Below are positions 8,719-16,637 of a stretch of DNA of 32,000 bases, piece after piece. The notes under the pieces are model-generated. The model worked only from the letters and a program-made list of their open reading frames with translations, did no database searches and was not told the DNA's origin. Both the position numbers and the translations under genes were made by a program. Every line of letters starts with the position of its first letter. Positions within the stretch are counted from its first letter, which is position 1. The DNA is from Nanoarchaeum equitans Kin4-M. GTDB taxonomy: Archaea > Nanobdellota > Nanobdellia > Nanobdellales > Nanoarchaeaceae. The stretch spans positions 390,001 through 422,000 of the forward strand of contig AE017199.1 of assembly GCA_000008085.1 (NCBI GenBank). The letters are read 5' to 3'.

Positions 8719-9279
8719 TTAAAGAGCTAATGGCTTTCCAGATTTTACTTCAACTATTTCTTCCCTATATCTCCAAGGTAACTTGGATCTTGCTACTTGT
8801 AAAAAATATTTTATGTCTTTTGCTTTTGTTATATCATCGAAAAATATTGATAATAGCTTTTCTCCTTCATATATTTGGACAGCCCTTCCTTTTGGTCTGC
8901 CAAAGCTTAATCTCATACCTTGACTAATTCTGTCTGCTCCAGCATAACCACCCACCACTGGTTTTTCCCTGTATATGTGGTGGGGGTATTTCCTTATTAT
9001 AAATAGATACCTCTTTTTACCTAAAGTGCTTTCCAAATATTTGTTAACCATAACTCTTATAGCTTCTATTGCGTTATCCCTAATTTGATGGTTTTCTTTA
9101 GCTACTAAAGATGCTTCATATTGCCATTCGCTTGGATTTCTGGTTAGCTCTCCCATATGGAATAACCTAACCATTGTGGGTTTTGCCCCAGGTATATAGT
9201 TTTTGTTTTTAGATCTTGATACCCTAGTATAAGGGACTTCCAATTTTCTATAGCAGTGCCATCTCCTTAGGCGCGCCAT
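8719..9279 (-). CDS. rpl10e: 50S ribosomal protein L10e (uL16)
   Basis: MARLRRWHCYRKLEVPYTRVSR... and GADRISQGMRLSFGRPKG are typical of L10e. Confidence 0.9.
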   Translation of the reverse strand: MARLRRWHCYRKLEVPYTRVSRSKNKNYIPGAKPTMVRLFHMGELTRNPSEWQYEASLVAKENHQIRDNAIEAIRVMVNKYLESTLGKKRYLFIIRKYPHHIYREKPVVGGYAGADRISQGMRLSFGRPKGRAVQIYEGEKLLSIFFDDITKAKDIKYFLQVARSKLPWRYREEIVEVKSGKPLAL

Positions 9280-9299
9280 CGAGTTAAAATAAAAAAGCT

Positions 9300-9307
9300 T
9301 TTATAAA
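9300..9307. promoter_or_regulatory. palindromic TATA box (TTTATAAA) shared by divergent rpl10e and archaemetzincin
   Basis: A perfect 8-nt palindrome. Its centre (9303.5) is 24.5 nt from both start codons (9279 minus, 9328 plus), so a TATAAA box sits at -26 on each strand. Confidence 0.65.
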
Positions 9308-9327
9308 TAAATAACATATTCGCTTAT

Positions 9328-9840
9328 ATGCTATTATATTTAGTTAACTTCCAATCTATGTGGGCAAACTATGTTTTAGAATTATTAAAAGATGCTTTTG
9401 CATTTAAAATAAAAGCGAAAGAATTAGATATACCTTTAGCAGCATACAACCCATTTAGAAAACAATTTAGCGCCCAACTATTATTGGATTACGTTGTAGA
9501 AAGATATAAAGATGGGTTAGTGTTTGCTATAATTGATGAAGACATATACGATAGCAATTATAATTTTGTTTTCGGTTTAGCTTATCCCTTTAGAGGGGCA
9601 ATAGTTTCTACCTATAGACTAAAAAACTTCGAAAGAATTAAAAAAGAGGTTTTACATGAAATGGGGCATGTTTTTGGGTTAGGGCATTGTAATAACTATT
9701 GTGTAATGCGCTTCTCTAATTCGGTTTTTGAAGTAGATGAAAAGCCCGATAAATATTGCGAAAATTGCTATAGGGAAATTTTAAACAATGGATTTTATGT
9801 TAATCCCAAATATGTCATTTTTAAAGAAAATTATAACTAA
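9328..9840 (+). CDS. amzA: archaemetzincin (zinc metalloprotease)
   Basis: HEMGHVFGLGHCNNYCVMRF...DKYCENC matches the archaemetzincin signature HExxHxxGxxHCxxxxCxM plus a distal CxxC. Confidence 0.85.
   Translation: MLLYLVNFQSMWANYVLELLKDAFAFKIKAKELDIPLAAYNPFRKQFSAQLLLDYVVERYKDGLVFAIIDEDIYDSNYNFVFGLAYPFRGAIVSTYRLKNFERIKKEVLHEMGHVFGLGHCNNYCVMRFSNSVFEVDEKPDKYCENCYREILNNGFYVNPKYVIFKENYN
9820..9825 (+). promoter_or_regulatory. internal TATA box for rpoD
   Basis: TTTAAA lies inside the 3' end of amzA. The predicted TSS is 9846, next to ATG 9847. Confidence 0.45.
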
Positions 9841-9846
9841 ACTTTA

Positions 9847-10530
9847 ATGACTATAACTTTATATCTTGATAAGCCACCATGGTTTGCAAACCTTTTAAGA
9901 AGGCTAATTATGGAAGAAGCCCCTTCGATGGCGATAGAAGATGTTTATGTACATCAAAATAATGTATATTGGAATGAATGGTTTGCCAATAGATTAGGTT
10001 TAATCCCTATATATGCTCCAATAGACTATATAAAAAATGACAAGGTCGTAAAAGCTTCCTTAAAAGTAAAAGACAGGGAAGGCTGGGTTTATGCTGATGA
10101 AATAAAAATAGAAGACGAAAATGTGAAAATTGCCTATAAAAAAATACCATTGATTTGGGTTGAAAAGTGGCATGAAATAGATATGGAGTTCGAAATAAAA
10201 GTTGGGCAAGGCAAAGTTCATTCTAAATGGATACCAGCACATACATGGTATTATAAAGAAGTTTACGGCATACTAAAGAAAAAGGACAATAAAACAAAAG
10301 AACTAATAAATTCTTTAGGGCTAAAAATTGATGGAAATAAAGTTTATGGGGATAGAACCAAATTAGAAGCTTTAGAGAAAGAAGGAATTTTAGAGCTAAA
10401 AGAGACAGGAAGAATAGTATTTAATATAGAGGGCTTTGGCATGGTGGAGGAAAAAGAAATATTGCCTTTAGCAATAGATGTTTTCGTTAATAGGTTAGAC
10501 GAATACATAAAAACTCTAAGCAATGAGTAA
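9847..10530 (+). CDS. rpoD: DNA-directed RNA polymerase subunit D (Rpo3)
   Basis: ANLLRRLIMEEAPSMAIEDVYV...NEWFANRLGLIPI matches the RpoD/Rpb3 dimerisation-domain motifs. The protein contains no cysteine. Confidence 0.8.
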   Translation: MTITLYLDKPPWFANLLRRLIMEEAPSMAIEDVYVHQNNVYWNEWFANRLGLIPIYAPIDYIKNDKVVKASLKVKDREGWVYADEIKIEDENVKIAYKKIPLIWVEKWHEIDMEFEIKVGQGKVHSKWIPAHTWYYKEVYGILKKKDNKTKELINSLGLKIDGNKVYGDRTKLEALEKEGILELKETGRIVFNIEGFGMVEEKEILPLAIDVFVNRLDEYIKTLSNE

Positions 10531-11254
10531 TATAGAGAAACAAATAATAGAGATATTAAAGAAGAAACCTAAGGGCGCAACTATAAAAGAGATTGCTGAA
10601 GAGTTAGGAATAAATAAAATGACTGCTTTAAGGTATTTAGAGGTTCTTAAAACTAAAGGAATAGTTGATTATGAAGAAAATAGGAGGGCCAAAATTTGGT
10701 ATGTTGTTGGAGAGACCTCTTTATTAGAAATATTCAAAAGCGAGAAACCATATTTGAAATTCCTAAAATACGAGCAAGGCAATATTTTATTGCTAGACGA
10801 TATATTAATGGTTGTTTTGCCTGCATCTTTTTTCTCTAATATTTATGATTTATATGGGGAAGAAGCAAGCCAAAAATTATACCAATTAGGTTACGAATTT
10901 GGAAAAACACTATCTTTTATATATGAAATAAATACTGGGGTTAAAGTATCCAATATAGGCTTATTGCCTGCAACAGTTAGGTCTTTGCTAAGCTTTTTCT
11001 TAAGAGGGGGCTTTGGAGAGTTAGAAAAAATTGAGGATTATAAAGACAAAATGGTAATAAAAATAAAAAATAGTTTATTTCCTAAAATTTTAGAAGGAAA
11101 AGGCAAGAAATGCCATTTCTTAGCTGGTTACATAGCAGGGATAGCTAATGTTTTAACAGGCAAAAACTTAAAAGTTTATGAATCCAAATGTGTTGGAGAA
11201 GGTTATAACTATTGTGAATTCGTGATAATGAAGAATGATTCAACCGCTGAATAA
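10523..11254 (+). CDS. winged-HTH transcriptional regulator with a C-terminal V4R domain
   Basis: The N-terminal ATIKEIAEELGINKMTALRYLEVLKTKGIV is wHTH-like. The C-terminal CHFLAGYIAGIANVLTG...ESKCVGEGYNYCEF fits the V4R pattern. ATG overlaps the rpoD stop by 8 nt. Confidence 0.7.
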   Translation: MSNIEKQIIEILKKKPKGATIKEIAEELGINKMTALRYLEVLKTKGIVDYEENRRAKIWYVVGETSLLEIFKSEKPYLKFLKYEQGNILLLDDILMVVLPASFFSNIYDLYGEEASQKLYQLGYEFGKTLSFIYEINTGVKVSNIGLLPATVRSLLSFFLRGGFGELEKIEDYKDKMVIKIKNSLFPKILEGKGKKCHFLAGYIAGIANVLTGKNLKVYESKCVGEGYNYCEFVIMKNDSTAE

Positions 11255-11276
11255 TGATGAATTCAGCCTTGGCTGA
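11228..11276 (+). ncRNA. candidate box C/D sRNA (degenerate C box)
   Basis: ATGAAGA (11228-34), 12 nt, CTGA (11247-50), 3 nt, ATGATGA (11254-60), 12 nt, CTGA (11273-76). This is the exact canonical C-12-D'-3-C'-12-D spacing. It spans the convergent stops of the V4R gene and cbf5. Confidence 0.45.
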
Positions 11277-12291
11277 CCCACATTTTTGGATATAAACCAG
11301 GTTTCATAAATACTCTTTCTATATCTACAGCTATTCCTCTTTTCTTTTCTAACATTTCTTTAGAATCCATAAGGGCTATACCAATAGCAACTAATTCTCC
11401 TTTTAATGTATGTATCGAAACTAAATCGCCTTTCTTTATATTGCTATAAAGCTTGGCTATTCCTGGCACTGCTAAATTGGCCCCATGCACAATTGCAGCA
11501 ACAGCACTATCTAAAATATATATTTTTTTCAAATGTTTTACAGCCTCTTCTACAGGTAAAAACACTTTCCTTATATATTCTTCGTTCCCTTCTTCTTTCC
11601 AAAAATATAGAGAATCCACTATGTCTTGCAAATATACCGAATTGTTTTCATGGAATGGCCCAGACTTTATTCTTCTTAATTCTTGCATATGTGCCCCAAC
11701 TCCAAGCTTTACTCCTATATCATGGATTAGCTTTCTAATATATACTCCCCCTTGGGTAGAAACTCTAAATAAAACATCTTTCCCATCTATCTCTATTATT
11801 TTAATACAATAAACTTTTTTCTTTCTAGGTCTCTTTTTTACAGCACTTCTCAATGGGGGGGTTTGTATTATAGTACCTACAAATTTGGACATAACTTTAA
11901 TTATATCTTTTTCGCTAACTTCTTTATGCAAATGCATTAGAGCTACATACTCTTTACCTGCTATTAACAAAGTTTGTAAAACTTTTGTGGCTTCTCCAAT
12001 TGCTATAGGCAATACCCCAGTTACTTTTGGGTCTAAAGTACCACCATGGCCCGCTTTTACACCAACTATGTCTCTTACCCACGCTACAACTTGATGTGAA
12101 GTGGGCCCAGAAGGTTTGTCCAAATTTATTACAGAATATTTTAATAATCTCTCTATTGGTCTATTATAAGGATCTTCGCCCCATTTTTCATTAGTTTCAG
12201 CTTCTTTTTTAACCCATATTTCATATTTTTCTAACTCCCATGGTAAAGGGCATTCCTGCTCTTCTAAACATTTAGAGCAGAATATTCGCAT
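11263..12291 (-). CDS. cbf5: H/ACA RNP pseudouridine synthase Cbf5 (TruB family with PUA domain)
   Basis: INLDKPSGPTSHQVVAWVRDIVGVKAGHGGTLDPKVTGVLPIAIGEATKV. I moved the start from GTG 12309 to ATG 12291 (MRIFCSKC...), which has a TTTTTATA box at the -28/-26 position (+ coordinates 12312-12319). Confidence 0.9.
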   Translation of the reverse strand: MRIFCSKCLEEQECPLPWELEKYEIWVKKEAETNEKWGEDPYNRPIERLLKYSVINLDKPSGPTSHQVVAWVRDIVGVKAGHGGTLDPKVTGVLPIAIGEATKVLQTLLIAGKEYVALMHLHKEVSEKDIIKVMSKFVGTIIQTPPLRSAVKKRPRKKKVYCIKIIEIDGKDVLFRVSTQGGVYIRKLIHDIGVKLGVGAHMQELRRIKSGPFHENNSVYLQDIVDSLYFWKEEGNEEYIRKVFLPVEEAVKHLKKIYILDSAVAAIVHGANLAVPGIAKLYSNIKKGDLVSIHTLKGELVAIGIALMDSKEMLEKKRGIAVDIERVFMKPGLYPKMWVSQG

Positions 12292-12295
12292 AAGA

Positions 12296-12319
12296 CTTAA
12301 ACATAACACATTATAAAAA
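12296..12319. promoter_or_regulatory. interleaved divergent promoters (CTTAAA for 12322 plus; TTTTTATA for cbf5 minus)
   Basis: CTTAAA at 12296-12301 is 26 nt upstream of ATG 12322. Minus-strand TTTATA (12312-12317) is 26 nt upstream of ATG 12291. Each box lies downstream of the other within a 30-nt spacer. Confidence 0.5.
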
Positions 12320-12321
12320 TT

Positions 12322-13460
12322 ATGCTATTTCTATTCGCCACAATAATAGGAGTAATACTAGGAATAATTCCTATAATACATCCGAACAATGTTATACCTT
12401 TGTTAAATTATTTGCCTTTAGATAAAATAGATTTGTCTATAATGGCCATCTCTTTTTTATTGGGTTTTAGCTTTTCCTCTATAATTCCTACAGCCCTATT
12501 AGGTTATCCTGAAAAATGCTTTAGCTTTGCCCCCATCGATTAGATTATTGAAAGAAGGCAAAGCCTGGGAGTTAATTTTATATAATTTGTATGGTAGCCT
12601 TGTTGGGGGTATATTAGCTTTGTTGTTTATCCCTTTTAATTCCCTATGTGGGAATACTAACTAAAATATTGATTAAACATAAGCTATTGCCGTTTATTTT
12701 GTTTATAATAATGGGGTATTTGTTTGCAATAGACAAAAGAGCAAAAACTTTAGAAATTATTGTTTTGGCCTCTTTATTAGGGTTAGTGACATATAATTTA
12801 ACTGTAAAAAACAAGCTTACAGCTTTGTTAACAGGTTTATTTGGATTGCCATATTTAATAACAATATACAAAGGCAAAAAACCCTCTTTCAATACTAAAA
12901 ACAAAGAAATAATAGAGATAAAACCTGCTTTAGTTGGGGTTTTAGCTGTGCTATTAGCTTCAATAATTCCTACATTGTCTCCATCTATAGCGATATTCTT
13001 TATACAAAAATTATTTAATATAAAAGGAGATTTACCTTTTGTTTACGCTTTAGGTTCTTTAACAACAGCAGATGTTGTTATATCTTTAGCGAATTTCTAT
13101 TTTAATGGCTCCGCAAGAAATGGTGCTATAGTTTTTGTCAAGAATTTACTAGGAAAAATAGATTTTAATACTTTTCTGTTGTTTTTGGCTAACACAATTG
13201 TTAGCATAATTATAGCTTTTATTGCCACATATGTTTTTGCTAAACATTTGATAAAATACGAAATAGATGTTAGAAAGATTAAACCAATTTTGATAGGTTT
13301 TATAATAATATACCTAATAGCAGTTTCTGGTTTTGTTGGGTTATTAATAGCATTAACAGCAATGTTTGTTGGTTTAGAAGCAATAAAAAATAATATAAAT
13401 TACAGCACTTTGGGTGTGGCATTAATGTTCCCATTAGCTATAAATATATTGCTTAGTTAA
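12322..13460 (+). pseudogene. DUF112/TctA-like (COG1784-type) polytopic membrane protein split over three reading frames
   Basis: The three segments are frame 1 12322-12543, frame 2 12503-12664 and frame 3 12618/12648-13460. All are hydrophobic, and read across the shifts they give ...GIIPIIHPNN...LLGYPE(K)NALALPPSIRLLKEGKAWELILYNLYGSLVGGILALLF...GILTKIL.... The family assignment is from memory of the G-x-PG-x-H-x-N and LPghrLL-x-G-x-x-EA patterns. Confidence 0.5.
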
Positions 13461-13465
13461 TACAA

Positions 13466-13517
13466 ATGATGATCGTTTACCGGCACTGATTAGTGATGTG
13501 GTTCAGGTACCGGCTGA
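13466..13517 (+). ncRNA. box C/D sRNA with two guides against 23S rRNA
   Basis: C ATGATGA 13466-72, D' CTGA 13486-89, C' GTGATGT 13493-99, D CTGA 13514-17. Guide 13500-13513 is a perfect complement of 23S 5952-5965. Guide 13473-13484 pairs with 23S 5987-5998. TATAAA at 13439-13444 is 26 nt upstream of 13465. Confidence 0.85.
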
Positions 13518-13519
13518 TA

Positions 13520-13525
13520 TTTAAA
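13520..13525 (+). promoter_or_regulatory. TATA box for leaderless metG
   Basis: TTTAAA starts 26 nt upstream of the A of ATG 13546 and lies 2 nt after the sRNA D box. Confidence 0.65.
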
Positions 13526-13545
13526 ATGGCTTTTCTTAAAATTTA

Positions 13546-15876
13546 ATGCGTATCCTAGTTACTGCGGCTTTGCCATATTCGAATGGGCCAATCCATTTGG
13601 GCCATATCGCTGGGGCTTATCTGCCAGCAGATATATTTTATAGATTCGTAAAACTAAAAGGATATAATGCATTGTACATATGTGGGTCTGACCAATATGG
13701 ATCGCCTATCGAATTAAACGCAATAAAACTAAACATAGATCCAAAGGACTATGCTTCATTCTATAGAAAAATACAAGAAGAGATTTTCAAAAAATTTAAC
13801 ATAAAATTTGATATATATTCAGGAACGGCCGAATCCAATATACATCCTATAATAGTAAAGGAATTCTTTTTATCATTATTTAGTGCAGGCCTTTTAATAG
13901 AAAAAGAACAAGAATTGCCATATGATCCTAAAATAAAAAGATTTTTACCGGATCGATTTGTTGTAGGGCAATGTCCCTATTGTGGGTATGAAAAAGCCTA
14001 TGGGGATCAATGTGAAAAATGTGGTAGACTATTAGAGCCTAAAGAGTTAATTAATCCTAAAAGTGCCATAACTGGAGAAAAAGTAATTTTCAAAAAGACG
14101 AGACATTTGTTTTTCAATATTCCAAAATTAAAAGATAAACTAAAACAATACATTGAATCTAAAAAGGATGTATGGAATGATTTTACATACAGTTGGTCTT
14201 TAGCATTATTGGATAACTTTAAAGAAAGGGCAATAACTAGAGATAACAAATGGGGCGTAAAAGTTCCCGCTAAGGAGATGTTAGAAATATTAAAAAAAGC
14301 TCTAAAAGAAGGAAAAACCCCAAAAGATTTCGGTTTATTAATTGATAGTACTAACGAAAAAGATTTAGAAAATCATATAAAAGAATACGAAAACAAGGTT
14401 TTATATGTATGGTTTGATGCGCCCATAGGGTATATATCTTTTACTTTTGAGACTTCTCCTGAATATAGATATTATTGGGACGAAAAAGAAAAACCTTATA
14501 TAGTGCATTTTATTGGGAAAGACAATATTCCTTTCCATACAATATTTTGGCCTGCATTAATAATTGGGCGAAATTTGGGATATAAAAATATAAACCATAT
14601 ATTAGATTTCGATATAGCTTTGCCTTACCAAGTATTTGGTAATCCTTATCTAAACTATTATGGCAAAAAATTCTCAAAAAGCAAAAGGTGGGGGGTATTT
14701 TTGGATAACATAGATAAAATAGATATAGATATAGACTATTTCAGATTCTATTTAGCCTACATTCATACAGTGTCTAAAGATATGTCTTTCGAATGGGACC
14801 AATTCAAAGAAGTAATAAACAAAGAATTAGTCGATAACATTGGCAATTTTATCCATAGGGTTTTAACCTTTATATACAATAGATTTAATGGTATTCCCCC
14901 AAAAATAGAGCATCTAGACGACAAAGATAAAGAACTTTTAGATAAAATAAAGCAATTACCCGAAAAAGTGTTTAACTTTATATGGAAGGGCGAAATTGGA
15001 AATGCCTTAAGAGAGATCGTTAATACCTCTAATTTGGCTAACAAATATTTCCAAGAAAAAGAGCCATGGAAAACTAATGATCCAAATACTATTGCTATTG
15101 CTTTCGAAGCAGTAAAAACCTTTATAATTCTGTTATATCCATTTATTCCGGAAAAGGCCAAACTATTAGCGTCTATAGCTAATATAGATATAAAATGGGA
15201 TTTCAATCAAAAAGTAGAAAAAATAAACAAACCATTTATCGTTTTCCACAAATTAAGCGATAACCAAATAGAAATGGCAAAGCAAATCTTAACCAATCCA
15301 AAAGAATATGATTTGGGTAAAAAGAAAGTTATAGGTGTTTTAAGATATGAAGATGAGTTATATAAAATAGAATTAGAATGTGACGACAACCCATGGGTTT
15401 GTCTAAAAAGAGAGTTAGATAAAAGAAAAATAAAATACATATATGATACAGTTAAAGGGGATGTACCCCCACATATAATAGATGGCAATACTTATATATA
15501 TTTATTGCCGGCATTAGAGAAACCCAATTTAGAAAAGGCAGAAGAAGAATATGGCTTAGTTAGCTATTTGGATTTTGCTAAACTAGACATGAGAGTTGGT
15601 AAAATTATAGATGTGCAAGACCACCCAAATGCGGATAAGCTTTATATAATAAAAGTAAGCCTTGGCAATAAACAAAAAACCTTAGTTGGGGGACTAAAGC
15701 AATATTATAAAAAAGAAGAGCTAATAGGAAAGTACGTAGTTTTAATAAATAACTTAAAGCCTAAACAATTAAGAGGAATAACATCAGAAGGAATGCTATT
15801 AGCTGCAGACGATGGTAAAGAGGTAGCATTATTAATGCCGGACAAACCAATTAGTTTAGGTTCAAAAGTTCGTTAA
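13546..15876 (+). CDS. metG: methionyl-tRNA synthetase with a C-terminal Trbp111/EMAP-like tRNA-binding domain
   Basis: HIGH motif (PYSNGPIHLGHIAG), zinc knuckle CPYCGYEKAYGDQCEKCG and KMSKS-like KFSKSKRWG. The C-terminal LDMRVGKIIDVQDHPNADKLYIIKVSLG...GITSEGMLLAA gives the tRNA-binding domain. Confidence 0.95.
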   Translation: MRILVTAALPYSNGPIHLGHIAGAYLPADIFYRFVKLKGYNALYICGSDQYGSPIELNAIKLNIDPKDYASFYRKIQEEIFKKFNIKFDIYSGTAESNIHPIIVKEFFLSLFSAGLLIEKEQELPYDPKIKRFLPDRFVVGQCPYCGYEKAYGDQCEKCGRLLEPKELINPKSAITGEKVIFKKTRHLFFNIPKLKDKLKQYIESKKDVWNDFTYSWSLALLDNFKERAITRDNKWGVKVPAKEMLEILKKALKEGKTPKDFGLLIDSTNEKDLENHIKEYENKVLYVWFDAPIGYISFTFETSPEYRYYWDEKEKPYIVHFIGKDNIPFHTIFWPALIIGRNLGYKNINHILDFDIALPYQVFGNPYLNYYGKKFSKSKRWGVFLDNIDKIDIDIDYFRFYLAYIHTVSKDMSFEWDQFKEVINKELVDNIGNFIHRVLTFIYNRFNGIPPKIEHLDDKDKELLDKIKQLPEKVFNFIWKGEIGNALREIVNTSNLANKYFQEKEPWKTNDPNTIAIAFEAVKTFIILLYPFIPEKAKLLASIANIDIKWDFNQKVEKINKPFIVFHKLSDNQIEMAKQILTNPKEYDLGKKKVIGVLRYEDELYKIELECDDNPWVCLKRELDKRKIKYIYDTVKGDVPPHIIDGNTYIYLLPALEKPNLEKAEEEYGLVSYLDFAKLDMRVGKIIDVQDHPNADKLYIIKVSLGNKQKTLVGGLKQYYKKEELIGKYVVLINNLKPKQLRGITSEGMLLAADDGKEVALLMPDKPISLGSKVR

Positions 15877-16591
15877 AATTTTTGTCTATTTGTGATTCTA
15901 CTTCTTCAAAATCTAACCCTTTTATTTTAGCGATCTCTTCTATGGCATATTTAACTTTGTATGGTCTATTATTTCTATTGCCCTCTGGGTCTAAGAATGG
16001 GCTATCAGTTTCGGTAAACATTTTTTCCAATGGGGTATCCCTAGCAATTTTCTTTAACCTTTTGTTTTTTACAATTATTGCTGGGATAGAAATATAATAT
16101 CCTAAATCTAAAGCTTTGTTTAAAGCGATTTTCCAATCTTTTTTGGGCATAAAGCTATGCATTACTGCTTTAATATTATAGGATTCCATTATTTCCAAAC
16201 AATCCAATTCCGCATCTCTAGAATGTATTATTACTGGTTTTTTAATAGATTCGGCCAATTCCAATAGCTTTCTAAAATAATGTTTTTGTTTATCGATTTC
16301 TTTTTTGTCTTTGTGCCAATAATAGTCTAAGCCTATTTCTCCTACTCCAATACATTTACTGTTTTCGCATAAATTTTTTATTTGTTTTATTGTTTTTTCT
16401 ATTTCTAATTCTGATAGCTTTACTACCTCTGTTGGATGTAGGCCGGCACTAAAATAGACATTTTCCTGTTTTGATTCTTCTAAAACTATTTCGTTAGTTT
16501 CATAGTTAAGCCCGCTCTCTACTACTATCATATCCCTTATTTCCTCTATGCATTTACCTACCATAAAGCAATGTGCATGTATATCAAGCAT
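15851..16591 (-). CDS. TatD-family metal-dependent hydrolase
   Basis: MLDIHAHCF, GEIGLDYYW, PVIIHSRDA, AVMHSF and TETDSPFL follow the TatD His/Glu/Asp ligand pattern. The 3' end overlaps metG by 26 nt. Confidence 0.85.
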   Translation of the reverse strand: MLDIHAHCFMVGKCIEEIRDMIVVESGLNYETNEIVLEESKQENVYFSAGLHPTEVVKLSELEIEKTIKQIKNLCENSKCIGVGEIGLDYYWHKDKKEIDKQKHYFRKLLELAESIKKPVIIHSRDAELDCLEIMESYNIKAVMHSFMPKKDWKIALNKALDLGYYISIPAIIVKNKRLKKIARDTPLEKMFTETDSPFLDPEGNRNNRPYKVKYAIEEIAKIKGLDFEEVESQIDKNFNELLNLN

Positions 16592-16611
16592 TTACAATAA
16601 CACAAAATAGT

Positions 16612-16617
16612 TTTAAA
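16612..16617. promoter_or_regulatory. palindromic TTTAAA shared by divergent tatD and the 16638 pilin-like gene
   Basis: The box is 26 nt from ATG 16591 on the minus strand and 26 nt from GTG 16638 on the plus strand. The starts are 47 nt apart and symmetric about the box. Confidence 0.65.
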
Positions 16618-16637
16618 TTCTAACATTAATACCATTA

